Counted from the stretch's first letter, positions 1 to 8,977 are shown. The stretch: 35,295 nucleotides of DNA from Planctomycetota bacterium (GCA_044225365.1 JBGAIQ010000055.1:1-35295); one strand, 5' to 3'. Made by a program: numbers and translations. Notes: generated by a model not told the origin, from the letters alone.

Positions 1-462
1 AAGAAGAAGACCTTCCGCGGGTACTACAACGATTTCCATCGCTTCAAGGCGAACGCGGACAAGAACGAGACGCCGTCGACGCCGAGCACGGCCCACATCT
101 TCGCGCTCGACTACCAGATGTCGCGGATGCTGAAGGAAGGGCTCGCGAACCGTTATGCGCGCCACGCGCAAATGGCGAAGATCGTGCACGACTGGGCGAA
201 CTCGAGGCTCGCGATCTTCACCGACGCGAGCTGCCGCTCGCCGGGCGTGTCGTGCATCCTGAACGACAAGGGCATCGACCTTCCCAAGTTCCTCGCAGCG
301 ATCGAGCGTCGCGGCAAGCAGGTCGGCGACGGTTACGCCAAGCTGAAGCCGACGACCTTCCGCATCGGCCATTTCGGCGATCACGGCGTGAAGGACTGCG
401 AGGTCCTCTGCGCGGTGATGGACGAAGCGCTCGCCGAGCAGCGGGTCCTCGCCGCGCGCTGA
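1..462 (+). CDS. Class V PLP-dependent aminotransferase (serine-pyruvate/alanine-glyoxylate aminotransferase-like), 5'-truncated by the window
   Basis: Frame 1 is open from base 1: KKKTFRGYYNDF...NETPSTPS...EGLANRYARH...TFRIGHFG. The TPSTP and FRIGH(M/F)G motifs are typical of the C-terminal half of class V aminotransferases. Confidence 0.85.
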   Translation, partial: KKKTFRGYYNDFHRFKANADKNETPSTPSTAHIFALDYQMSRMLKEGLANRYARHAQMAKIVHDWANSRLAIFTDASCRSPGVSCILNDKGIDLPKFLAAIERRGKQVGDGYAKLKPTTFRIGHFGDHGVKDCEVLCAVMDEALAEQRVLAAR

Positions 463-512
463 AAGAGCGGCGATTGACCTCGTCGTTACGGCGGGGCCGC
501 GGGGCGACACGG

Positions 513-518
513 TAGATT
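513..518 (+). promoter_or_regulatory. Putative -10 element (TAGATT) 7 nt upstream of ATG 526, suggesting a leaderless transcript
   Basis: TAnnnT hexamer followed by N7-ATG. The same TAGATT-N6-ATG arrangement occurs at 32336-32350. Confidence 0.4.
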
Positions 519-525
519 CGGGGGC

Positions 526-3059
526 ATGAACCCGATCGACCCGGTCAGGACGGAAGAAGGGCTTGCGAACGTTCCCGCCGCGGATGCTTCTCCGGGTTGC
601 GCGGGCGGGTTGCTCCTCACGCTCGCGGGAATCGTCCTTCCAATCGCGGCGCTCTCCATCGAGAGCTCCAGTCACGTGCTGGGATCTCAGAGTCCGCTCA
701 GCTCGTCCGGGGGCATCCCATCGAGAGCTCCAGTCACGTGCTGGGATCTCCGAGTCCGCTCGGCTCGTCCGGGGGCATCGACCCGATCCCGACGAGCGTG
801 CATATCTTCTCGATCGCGCTCGTTCCGCTCGCGACAGCGATCGAACTGTCTTCGAGGCGATCGGTCTGGGGGCGATCGGATTCGGGCCGGTCGCTGAGGA
901 TGCGGGCCGCGCTCGTCGGAGCGGCGCTCGGGGTCTGCGTCTATTTTGCGATCCCGTTCCTTCGGCTCATTCCGATCGGGCTCATGCTCTGTGTCATCGG
1001 GCTCGGATTCCTCGTCCTGTCCCCGCTCCTCGCGATGATCGCGATGGTCGCGCTCCTTCGCGGCGTCCTCGCCGCCGCGACCGCGAGGTGTGCGCGCGTC
1101 GGCTCCGTCGCGCTGTGCGCTGGCGTGTTCGCGGTCGCGTGCCTTCTCGGCGCGGAGATCCGGCAGCACGCGAGGATCGAGTTGCTCGCGAGGGCGTGCT
1201 CGACCAACGCGGGGGTCCGCGAGGCCGCGGCCGACGCGATTCGGGAACGAGGAATCGACGTCCTCGAGCTGCCGTCGAACTGGACCGATGGATCGATCTC
1301 GTGCACGCCGTACGCGAGTCTGATCGAGAAGACCCAGGGCGAAGGACTCGGCAAGATCGATCGCACCCGCCTCGAGTTCGTCGTGCTCGGACGCGAGCGA
1401 TCGTCGCCATGGTCCGAGCGTCGCTCGGACCGCTGGTTCAGCCCGCTTCCGAGCGATGTGACGGGAGGCTGGTTCGGGAACTCGTCCACGATGTTCCGCA
1501 CGCGCAGCATCGCGATCGACGGAACGCTCGACTCCGCCGCGGCGGTCCTCGAGGTCGACTATCGGCTCGAGGTCGCGCGCTCGAACTGGATGGACGAGGC
1601 CATCCTCGGGATCCGCGTTCCGCCCGGCGCCATTGCAACCGATCTCTTCCTCGAGATCGACGGGACCGAGCGTTCGGCGGCTTTTGCCTCGACCGAGCGC
1701 GCGACCAAGGCGTACGAGTCGGTGGTCGTTCGCAAGCGCGATCCGGCGCTGCTGCGCGCATTCTCGGCGCGCGATCTCGTGCTCAACATCTCGCCCTTCG
1801 CCGCAGGGGAAGCGCGGCGCGTCCGCATCCACTTCGTCGTTCCGCTCGATGCGACGGCATCGAGTGCGCGGGTCGATCTGCCACGAGTCATCGGAACCGG
1901 TCACGGCGGCGGGCTCGTCGATCTCGAAGGCGACGTCGCCGTTCATCTCACGACAGACTCGCGTTTCCTCTCGTCCGAAGTCGCGAGCGAACCGGTCCAC
2001 GAGTTCACGGCGACGATTCCCGCGACGAAGTTCGAGTCCGAGGGAGTGGGGGAACTGCGCATCGCGCGGGACGACGTCCGGCTCGTGAAGGCGAAGTCGG
2101 CCTTCGGCGCTGGAAGCGTGTATGAACGCTTCGACGAGGTGAGGGGCGAGGGAGAGGGCAAGCCGCGCCGAGTCGTCCTCGTCGTCGATCGCTCGGCGGG
2201 GCTCGCCCCGATCGAAGCGCGATTGCGCGCGGCGTGTGAATCCCTCGCGAGGGATCCCGCAATCGATCTTTCGTTCACGCATTCCCCGACGAGCCGGATG
2301 CTGTTCGAGCCCACATTCTGGGCGCCTCTCGCAGCCGGCGGTGTCGATCCGCTCGGCGAACTGCTCGGCGCGATGCGACGCCTCGATCGCGATGCATCGC
2401 GCGTCGTGTTCGTCAGCGGTCCACAGCCGGTCATCCTCGATCCGCCCGAGTGGATCGATTCGACGTATCCCACGCTCGGATCGCGCGCCTCGCTCGCGGT
2501 CGTGGAGGTGGTCGCGGGACGCAACGTGGTCGCGGAGCGCTGCGAGGCGATGGGTCGCTGCGACCGTTTCATGGGGCATGGGTACGGAGTCGAGCTCGAG
2601 GACGTCCTCGCCAAGGCCGTGAAGGTCGATCCCGAAGGTCGCGTCCGCCGTTTCGACGAGTTCTTGCCATCGGACTCGCCCGCCGCGATCGTCGAGACGA
2701 CGTCGCGTGGCCCGGGTCTGCTCGCCGCGTACGAGGAGATCGCAAGGCAGTGCGCGGGGAGCGATGCCGTGGCGAAAGCGAAGGCGATCGAGCGCGCGAC
2801 GACCTTGCGGATCGTCACCTTGTGGACCGCTGCCGTCGTCCTCGAAGCGAAGGAGCAGTTCGAGGCCTCCGGCATCGCAGCTCCGAGCGATGCCCCCTCC
2901 GTGCCCAATTCGACGCTCGGCTTCGGGTCGACGCGCCGCTTCGGCGGCGGGCCCGATCTCGATACGCTCGCGACGTTCCTCTCGCTCCTGGTGGGCACCG
3001 CGTTCGGCATCTTCGTGATCATGCAGCGGCGCCGTCGCGCGCGGGTGGAGATCGCGTGA
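526..3059 (+). CDS. Membrane-anchored VIT (vault protein inter-alpha-trypsin) domain protein with a degenerate VWA-like region and a C-terminal sorting-signal-like tail. It is frameshifted as assembled by a 62-bp duplication; the long intact frame is 597-3059.
   Basis: N-terminal multi-TM region. VIT-like segment EAILGIRVPPGAIATDLFLEIDGTERSAAF...KAYESVVVRKRDPALL...SPFAAGEARRVRIHFVVPL. VVLVVDRSAG resembles a degenerate MIDAS. The C-terminus is GPDLD, a TM helix and RRRR. Removing one 62-bp copy joins ATG 526 to the 597 frame, giving 823 aa. Confidence 0.8.
656..779 (+). repeat. Tandem direct duplication, 2 x 62 bp with 2 mismatches
   Basis: Copy 1 is 656-717 and copy 2 is 718-779 (ccatcgagagctccagtcacgtgctgggatctc...tccgggggcatc). 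They differ at 689 A/751 C and 700 A/762 G. Confidence 0.97.
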
Positions 3060-3955
3060 ATCGCATGATGGGTAAGAGCGCAAGGAACGCGCTCACGATG
3101 ATCCCGATCGCGATCCTCGTCGTCCTCGCCTTGAACCCGAGTGATGGACTGCACACCTACGTCGGCGTGCCGTTGCGGCGGATCTCTGGGTCCGTCGCCG
3201 CCGGTTGCCTCGATCTCCTGGGTCTGCATGCGGCCTTCGATCGCTTCGTCCTCACGAGCGACGGCGCCACGCCACTGCTCGTCGTGCCGGAGTGCGCGGG
3301 ACTGCGACGAATGCTCGTGCTCGTCGCGCTCGCTCTCGTCGTCGCACGCGTGCGCCGCGCCGACGGTCGGCGCACGGCCGCGCTCGTCCTGCTCGCGGCC
3401 GGTCTCGCCATCCTGGGCAATGGGTTTCGCCTCGCGATCGTGTCGCGCTTCTTCCCGACCGTCGCGGACCGGAGCGGCATCGGGGGAGCCCTCCACGATG
3501 GAATCGGCGCGATCCCGCTCGCTGCGGCGGCGTTCCTGATCGTCGTCCTCGGGACGAGGGTTCGCGTGCGCGGCGATGCGTCCTCGAGCGCGATCGGCGT
3601 TCTCCTCGCCTTCGGCGCTTTGCTCTGCGCATTCGCCGCGCCGGGCGATGCGATGATCCCGCTCGCGCGAGCCTGCGACGCGGCGGGTCTCGACACGCGA
3701 GTCGTCGATCCGGTCGTCGATGGAGAATTCGGCGGCGTGGCGAGCGGACGCGAGATCTTCGGCGGCGACGCGCCGCGAGGTACGATGCATGAGATCGTCG
3801 TCGAGCCATCCACCGGCGCGAGCTGGCCCGACGTCTACGCGTTTCGCTTCGCGCGAGCGATGGGGCACGCCGCCCCGCTACTCGGGGCGCACGGGGCGCA
3901 CGGGGCGCGGCAGGTCGTTCGCGCATCCCCAGCGCAAGAAGACGCGTCTCGTTGA
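3056..3955 (+). CDS. Exosortase/archaeosortase family membrane cysteine peptidase with a C-terminal extramembrane extension
   Basis: GTG start overlaps the upstream TGA (GTGA) and follows GGAG. The catalytic-type residues are in the expected order: Cys in VVPECAG (3293-3295), Arg in GNGFRL (3428-3430) and His in LHDGIG (3494-3496). Multiple TM helices. Confidence 0.85.
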   Translation: MNRMMGKSARNALTMIPIAILVVLALNPSDGLHTYVGVPLRRISGSVAAGCLDLLGLHAAFDRFVLTSDGATPLLVVPECAGLRRMLVLVALALVVARVRRADGRRTAALVLLAAGLAILGNGFRLAIVSRFFPTVADRSGIGGALHDGIGAIPLAAAAFLIVVLGTRVRVRGDASSSAIGVLLAFGALLCAFAAPGDAMIPLARACDAAGLDTRVVDPVVDGEFGGVASGREIFGGDAPRGTMHEIVVEPSTGASWPDVYAFRFARAMGHAAPLLGAHGAHGARQVVRASPAQEDASR

Positions 3956-3957
3956 CC

Positions 3958-4740
3958 ATGGAGCCCAAAATGCCCGCTCCGAAAGCAGCGAAATCGCCGG
4001 CGGATAGTTGCCTGCGCCAGGCATTCGTGAGTTTCTTCGGAATCATCGGGCCGGTGATGGCCGTCGCCTTTGCGCTCGTCACTCGAAGCATCTGGATGGA
4101 GTGCGGGGTTTCGGTTCCCTTGCCGCGGAACGGACACGCGCTCCTCGTGCTCGTCGCGCCACTCGCGATCTTCAAAGGACTCTGCGTCGTCGATCGAGAG
4201 GGCGTGCCGCTCGGACTCGCGTCGTTCCTGCTCGGTCTCGCGCTGGCGCCGACACTCGGTTTTGCCCTGATGTCCCTCCCATGGCTGCCCGCCGCGGCCC
4301 TGTGCGTCCTCTGCTTCGGACTCGGCATCCTCGGATTCGTGCCGATCGTGTGCTGCGCGATCCTCGTTCGGGTCGCGATCCGGATACGGCGGCAGGCGGG
4401 CGCGAGAGGCGACGAGGGTGCGGCGCCCTTCGCCGCGGGCCTCGTGCTCGGTTTCCTGGCCGTTCTCCTCGCCGACTTCTCCCGCGTGAAGACATCCGTT
4501 CTCCTCGACCGTGTGAATCGCGGGAATCAGGTGGACGCGGCGGCGATCGAGGAACTGCGGGATCCGAAGTATGCGGCGGACCTCGAGTGGCTCGTGCGTC
4601 GCGGCGGCCGGATCGATGGACCCGTCGGAGCGCTCCTCGACGCGATCCTCCTCGAGAAACTCGTCGATGAATCTCAGGCCTATCGGGCGATCACCGGGCG
4701 GCCCGTTCCCAACGAGTGGATCTCATCGCGAAATGATTGA
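3958..4740 (+). CDS. Polytopic membrane protein, paralog of the N-terminal membrane domain of the VIT protein
   Basis: GIIGP...PLPRNGHALLVLVAPLA...LLGLAL...FALMSLPWLPAAALCVLCFGLGILGFVP aligns by eye with GIVLP...PIPTSVHIFSIALVPLA...LVGAAL...FAIPFLRLIPIGLMLCVIGLGFLVLSP. Alternative start TTG 3952. Confidence 0.7.
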   Translation: MEPKMPAPKAAKSPADSCLRQAFVSFFGIIGPVMAVAFALVTRSIWMECGVSVPLPRNGHALLVLVAPLAIFKGLCVVDREGVPLGLASFLLGLALAPTLGFALMSLPWLPAAALCVLCFGLGILGFVPIVCCAILVRVAIRIRRQAGARGDEGAAPFAAGLVLGFLAVLLADFSRVKTSVLLDRVNRGNQVDAAAIEELRDPKYAADLEWLVRRGGRIDGPVGALLDAILLEKLVDESQAYRAITGRPVPNEWISSRND

Positions 4741-4782
4741 ACGCGCGGATGGTACGCTGCACCCGTTCCCGTACCTCGAAGG

Positions 4783-5838
4783 ATGGCGCTTCTCATGACT
4801 CAGCATGGTTCGTTCCGTCGTGAATTCCTCCGCACGTCCGCCGCGGCGACCGCGGCCTTCGCCCTCGCCGCTCGTTCTCTCGCCCGCGGAGACGAACCCG
4901 TGAAGCCCGCCTCGCTGCTCGAACGCCGCAAGTTCGGCAAGACCGACATGAACGTCGCCGTGCTCGGATTCGGCGGCGCGGAGATCGGGTTCGACAGCAC
5001 GGAGGGCGCGACCGTCGACAAGCTACTGAACGCCGCGCTCGATGCCGGCCTCAATGTCGTCGACACGGCGGAGTGCTACGGCGAGTCGGAGGTCTCGATC
5101 GGCAACGCCATTGGCAAGCGCCGCAAGGAGTACTACCTGTTCACGAAGTGCGGCCACATCCTCGAGGACGGCAGCCGCGGCGCGGTGTGGACGAAGAGCG
5201 GCGTCCTGAAATCGATCGAGCGCAGCCTGAAGCGGTTGCAGACCGAAGTGATCGATCTCATCCAGCTCCATTCGTGCTCGCTCGACGATCTGAAGAAGGG
5301 CGAGTGCATCGATGGTCTCGAGCAGGCGAAGAAGGACGGCAAGGTCCGCTACATCGGCTACAGCGGGGATCGCGATGGCGCGAAGTACGCCGTCGAGTGT
5401 GGTCGGTTCGATTCGCTGCAGACCTCGGTCAGCATCTGCGATCAGGAAGCGATCGAGCTCACGCTGCCGCTCGCGAAGCAGAAGGGGATGGGCGTCGTCG
5501 CGAAGCGGCCGATCGCGAACGCGGCGTGGCGCTACGACAAGAAGCCCGACAATGAATACCACGTCGAGTACTGGAATCGCCTGCAGGAGTTGAAGTACGA
5601 GTTCGCGATGGGCGACGCCCGCAAGAAGGAGGGTCCCGACGGCCCGGCCGGCATCGCGATGCGGTTCACGGCGATGCAGCCTGGCGTGGACGTGCTCATC
5701 GTCGGCACGACGAAGCCCGAACGCTGGCAGCAGAACGCCGACCTGATGCGCGCGGGCCCGCTCTCGAAGGAACTCCACGAGTCGATTCGCGCGCGTTGGA
5801 AGGCGGTCGCGAAGCCGGAGTGGACGGGACAGATCTGA
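4783..5838 (+). CDS. Aldo/keto reductase with a twin-arginine (Tat)-like signal peptide
   Basis: LGFGG, DTAECYG (catalytic D and Y), TKCG (K), DLIQLHS (H) and GKVRYIGYS motifs. N-terminal FRREFL followed by an Ala-rich h-region. Alternative start ATG 4795. Confidence 0.92.
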   Translation: MALLMTQHGSFRREFLRTSAAATAAFALAARSLARGDEPVKPASLLERRKFGKTDMNVAVLGFGGAEIGFDSTEGATVDKLLNAALDAGLNVVDTAECYGESEVSIGNAIGKRRKEYYLFTKCGHILEDGSRGAVWTKSGVLKSIERSLKRLQTEVIDLIQLHSCSLDDLKKGECIDGLEQAKKDGKVRYIGYSGDRDGAKYAVECGRFDSLQTSVSICDQEAIELTLPLAKQKGMGVVAKRPIANAAWRYDKKPDNEYHVEYWNRLQELKYEFAMGDARKKEGPDGPAGIAMRFTAMQPGVDVLIVGTTKPERWQQNADLMRAGPLSKELHESIRARWKAVAKPEWTGQI

Positions 5839-5910
5839 GCTTCGCCTCGGATGGGGGATCGCGTCGCATGGCAAGGCATTTGATGACGCGCCTCGAAACG
5901 CGGTGAGTCG

Positions 5911-5945
5911 CCCGGCACAAGGCCGCAAATCGGCCCTTTGCCGGG
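5911..5945 (+). terminator. GC-rich hairpin (13/15 bp stem, 5-nt loop) between the AKR gene and moxR; possible terminator or stabiliser
   Basis: cccggcacaaggccg-caaat-cggccctttgccggg, with no U-tract after the stem. Confidence 0.35.
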
Positions 5946-6110
5946 ATTCGTGCCTCATATGGGGCGGCGGACTTGACTTGTCGCCGCGGCTGTTTGAATT
6001 CGTCGTCTTCCGCACATCCGTCCCAACCGGGCGGAGGGCGGAGCGTAGAGCGCCAGCATTCCGCCGCTCGCGGAGCGCTTGCCCCCTTTGTCTTGTTGAG
6101 GAGCGCCGGC

Positions 6111-7100
6111 ATGACCGTCGACGTCCAGAAGATCCGCGATCGCGTCGCTGAACAGACCGACATCGTCCTTCGCATTCGCACCGAGCTCTCGAAGGTGCTG
6201 ATCGGGCAGCAGGAGATGGTCTCGCGGCTCATGGTCGCCCTGCTCACCGGCGGTCACGTCCTCCTCGAAGGCGTGCCGGGACTCGCGAAGACGCTCACGA
6301 TCAACTCGCTCGCGCGGGCGATCGAGGTCGACTTCAAGCGCATCCAGTTCACGCCCGATCTCCTGCCGGCCGACCTCCTCGGCACGTTGATCTTCAATCC
6401 ACGCGAGGGCGGCTTCACGACGCGCAAGGGACCGATCTTCTCGACCTTCGTGCTCGCCGACGAGATCAACCGCGCACCGTCGAAGGTGCAGTCGGCGCTG
6501 CTCGAAGCGATGCAGGAGCTGCAGGTCACGATCGGCGACGCGACGTTCCCGCTCGATCCGCTCTTCCTCGTCATGGCGACGCAGAATCCCATCGAACAGG
6601 AAGGCACCTATCCGTTGCCCGAAGCGCAGGTCGACCGCTTCATGCTGAAGGTGAAGGTCGGTTATCCGAAGCCCGAGGAGGAGCGAAAGGTGATCGACCT
6701 CGCGGTCGACGGCAGCAAGCCGAAGGTGAAGTCGGTCGCGACGCGCGCCGACATCCTCGCGATGCGCGAGGTAGTCTCCGCGATCTACATCGACGACAAG
6801 GTGAAGGACTACGTCCTCTCGCTCGTGCGCGCGACGCGCGAGCCCGGCGCGTTCGGCATGAAGGACCTCGCGCCGCTCGTCGAGTTCGGTGGCAGTCCTC
6901 GCGCGTCGATCTGTCTCGCGCTCGCCGCGCGCGCCTACGCGTTCCTCGAGGGACGCGGCTACGTCACGCCCCAGGACGTGAAGGACATCGCGAAGGACGT
7001 GCTCCGTCATCGCGTCGTGTTGTCGTACGAGGCCGAGGCCCGCGAGATGGGCGCCGACGCGCTCGTCGACGAAGTCCTGCGCCACGTGCCCGTGCCCTGA
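6111..7100 (+). CDS. moxR: MoxR-family AAA+ ATPase
   Basis: GAGGAG RBS, Walker A HVLLEGVPGLAKT, RIQFTPDLLPAD, Walker B LADEINRA, ATQNPIEQEGTYPLPEAQVDRF and GGSPRAS motifs. Confidence 0.97.
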   Translation: MTVDVQKIRDRVAEQTDIVLRIRTELSKVLIGQQEMVSRLMVALLTGGHVLLEGVPGLAKTLTINSLARAIEVDFKRIQFTPDLLPADLLGTLIFNPREGGFTTRKGPIFSTFVLADEINRAPSKVQSALLEAMQELQVTIGDATFPLDPLFLVMATQNPIEQEGTYPLPEAQVDRFMLKVKVGYPKPEEERKVIDLAVDGSKPKVKSVATRADILAMREVVSAIYIDDKVKDYVLSLVRATREPGAFGMKDLAPLVEFGGSPRASICLALAARAYAFLEGRGYVTPQDVKDIAKDVLRHRVVLSYEAEAREMGADALVDEVLRHVPVP

Positions 7101-7124
7101 TCGCTCGTCGAGGAGCCGTCCGAG

Positions 7125-8024
7125 ATGAGCGAAGCCAACGTCGCCGAGATCATCGCCAAGGTCCGTCGCATTCGCATCATTGCGAGTCGCGCGGTGAACG
7201 ACCTGTTCGCGGGTGAGTACCACTCCGCGTTCCGCGGTCGAGGCATGGAGTTCGACGAGGTGCGCGAGTACCAGCCGGGCGACGAAGTTCGCACGATCGA
7301 CTGGAACGTGACGGCGAGGCAGGGCGCGCCCTTCGTGAAGCGCTATCGCGAGGAGCGCGAGCTCACCGTACTGCTCCTCGTCGACGTCTCCGCGTCGCAC
7401 CTGTTCGGCAGCGGCGATCGCAGCAAGGGCGATCTGCTCACCGAGATCGCGGCGTTGCTCATGTTCTCGGCGCTCAAGAACCACGACAAGGTCGGACTCC
7501 TGCTCTTCTCCGACGACATCGTGCGCTTCTTGCCGCCGCGCAAGGGCAAGGGGTCGGTCCTGCGACTCCTGCGCGAGATCGTCGCGGTCGAGCCACGGCG
7601 CGCGCGAACGGACATCGGCAAGGCGCTCGAGTACGCGGGCAAGGTGCAGCGGCGGCGCGCGGTCGTGTTCGTTCTCTCGGACTTCCTCGATCAGACGACG
7701 CCGGAGGTCGAGAAGAAACTGACGCTCGCGGCCGCACGTCACGACGTCGTGGCGATCACGGCGGAGGATCCGCGCGAGAGCGAGTTGCCGGACGTCGGGT
7801 TCGTCGAGTTCGAGGACGCCGAGACGGGAGCGCGCAGGAGGATCGATACCGGCAGCGCGAGGGTCCGCGAGGCGTTCGCGGCGCAGGCCAGTGCGCGCGA
7901 GGCGAAGCTCGCCAATCTCTTGAGAAGGTCGCGGATCGACCGTCTGCGCTTGAACACGAACGAGGAATACACGCTGACGCTGCACCGCTTCTTCCGGATG
8001 CGTGAGCGGAGGCTGTCGAGATGA
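7125..8024 (+). CDS. DUF58 domain (VWA-like) protein of the MoxR/Bat operon
   Basis: GEYHSAFRGRGMEFDEVREYQPGDEVRTIDWNVTAR, KRYREERELT and VDVSAS motifs. Confidence 0.95.
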   Translation: MSEANVAEIIAKVRRIRIIASRAVNDLFAGEYHSAFRGRGMEFDEVREYQPGDEVRTIDWNVTARQGAPFVKRYREERELTVLLLVDVSASHLFGSGDRSKGDLLTEIAALLMFSALKNHDKVGLLLFSDDIVRFLPPRKGKGSVLRLLREIVAVEPRRARTDIGKALEYAGKVQRRRAVVFVLSDFLDQTTPEVEKKLTLAAARHDVVAITAEDPRESELPDVGFVEFEDAETGARRRIDTGSARVREAFAAQASAREAKLANLLRRSRIDRLRLNTNEEYTLTLHRFFRMRERRLSR

Positions 8025-8977
8025 AGCCGGCGGACGGTGCGTCGCACTTCCACATCGAACGCGGGCCCGTGATCGTCGATGCCGACATCGCGCCGTCGCC
8101 GGCACGATTGTCCGACACGCTCGTGCTGACGATTCGCGTCGATGCCGACGAGAAGGTCGACGTGAAGTTGCCCGTCGTCGGCGACGAGATCTCGAGCTTC
8201 ACCGTGCGTGGATTCGAACAGCCGCTCGCCGAGCGTGGCAATGGCCGGCGCGTCGACGTCTTGAAGCTCAAGCTCGAGCCGAACGAGACGGGGACCTTCA
8301 CCGTTCCGGCGCTCGACGTCGTGTGCACCGATCATCGCCCCGAAGCGGCAAGCGGGCCGGAGGGTGGCAAACCGTTCACGGTCACGACGGATCCGCTCAC
8401 GGTGGAAGTGCAGTCGCTCCTGCGCAACGAAGCACCGACGCTCGAGAAGATGAAGCCGGCGCTGCCGCCGCTTCGCGTCCCGATCGAGTCGCAGGTCCCT
8501 TGGAAATGGATCGGCGGCGGCGCGGTCCTCCTCGCGCTCGCCCTCGGGCTCGCGCTCCTCGCGCGAAAGAAGCGTCCCCGCGAGCAGGTGATCGGCCCGC
8601 CGCCCACGCCCGCCGAACTCGCTCGGCGCGAATTCGAACGCTTGATCGAGGACGATGCACTCGGGCGTGGCGAACTCAACTCGTTCTACTCGGAGTTGAC
8701 GCTCATCGTCCGGCGCTACATCGAGCGTTCGTTCGGCGTCGCGGCGCCGGAGTTGACGACGGAGGAATTCCTGCGCGAGATGCGGCGGCATCCGGCGTTC
8801 GACCAGGTCGCTCGCGAGCGACTGAAATCGTTCCTGGAGTCCGCGGACCTCGTCAAATTCGCGGGCATGCGGCCCGCGGATGGCGACATCGAGGAGAGCT
8901 TCCGTCGCGGCCAGGAATTCGCCGGCCAGGCGACTCCGCTCGCGCTGCGTCGCACGCCCGCAGGAGGCTCCGCATGA
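8021..8977 (+). CDS. Bat-operon single-pass membrane protein (Ig-like/BatD-like N-terminus, TM, C-terminal helical domain)
   Basis: ATGA overlap with DUF58. TM WKWIGGGAVLLALALGLALLARKK, then FYSELTLIVRRYIERSFGVAAPELTTEEF and ADLVKFA, typical of the gene between DUF58 and batA. Confidence 0.85.
   Translation: MKPADGASHFHIERGPVIVDADIAPSPARLSDTLVLTIRVDADEKVDVKLPVVGDEISSFTVRGFEQPLAERGNGRRVDVLKLKLEPNETGTFTVPALDVVCTDHRPEAASGPEGGKPFTVTTDPLTVEVQSLLRNEAPTLEKMKPALPPLRVPIESQVPWKWIGGGAVLLALALGLALLARKKRPREQVIGPPPTPAELARREFERLIEDDALGRGELNSFYSELTLIVRRYIERSFGVAAPELTTEEFLREMRRHPAFDQVARERLKSFLESADLVKFAGMRPADGDIEESFRRGQEFAGQATPLALRRTPAGGSA

Noticed and set aside
656-779. DGR template/variable repeat pair (both mismatches are at adenines) or a CRISPR repeat
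   Set aside because: There are only two mismatches, the copies are directly adjacent near the 5' end of the gene, there is no spacer, and no reverse transcriptase or cas gene is in the window.
2450-3055. N-terminal extensions of the exosortase, and likewise 8002-8973 for batA and 5973-6110 for moxR
   Set aside because: They overlap upstream genes in another frame or intergenic DNA. RBS-supported or coupled starts exist at 3056, 8974 and 6111.
687-3083. 798-aa minus-strand ORF, and similar long antisense ORFs at 1943-3868, 5955-8105, 9957-11765, 18890-20305 and 25471-27933
   Set aside because: These are Arg-rich or otherwise low-information shadow frames opposite well-supported genes, as expected at this GC content. 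No motifs were recognised.
5973-6001. Sigma70 promoter for moxR (TTGACT...)
   Set aside because: The -35 is good, but there is no convincing TAnnnT at 16-18 bp spacing.
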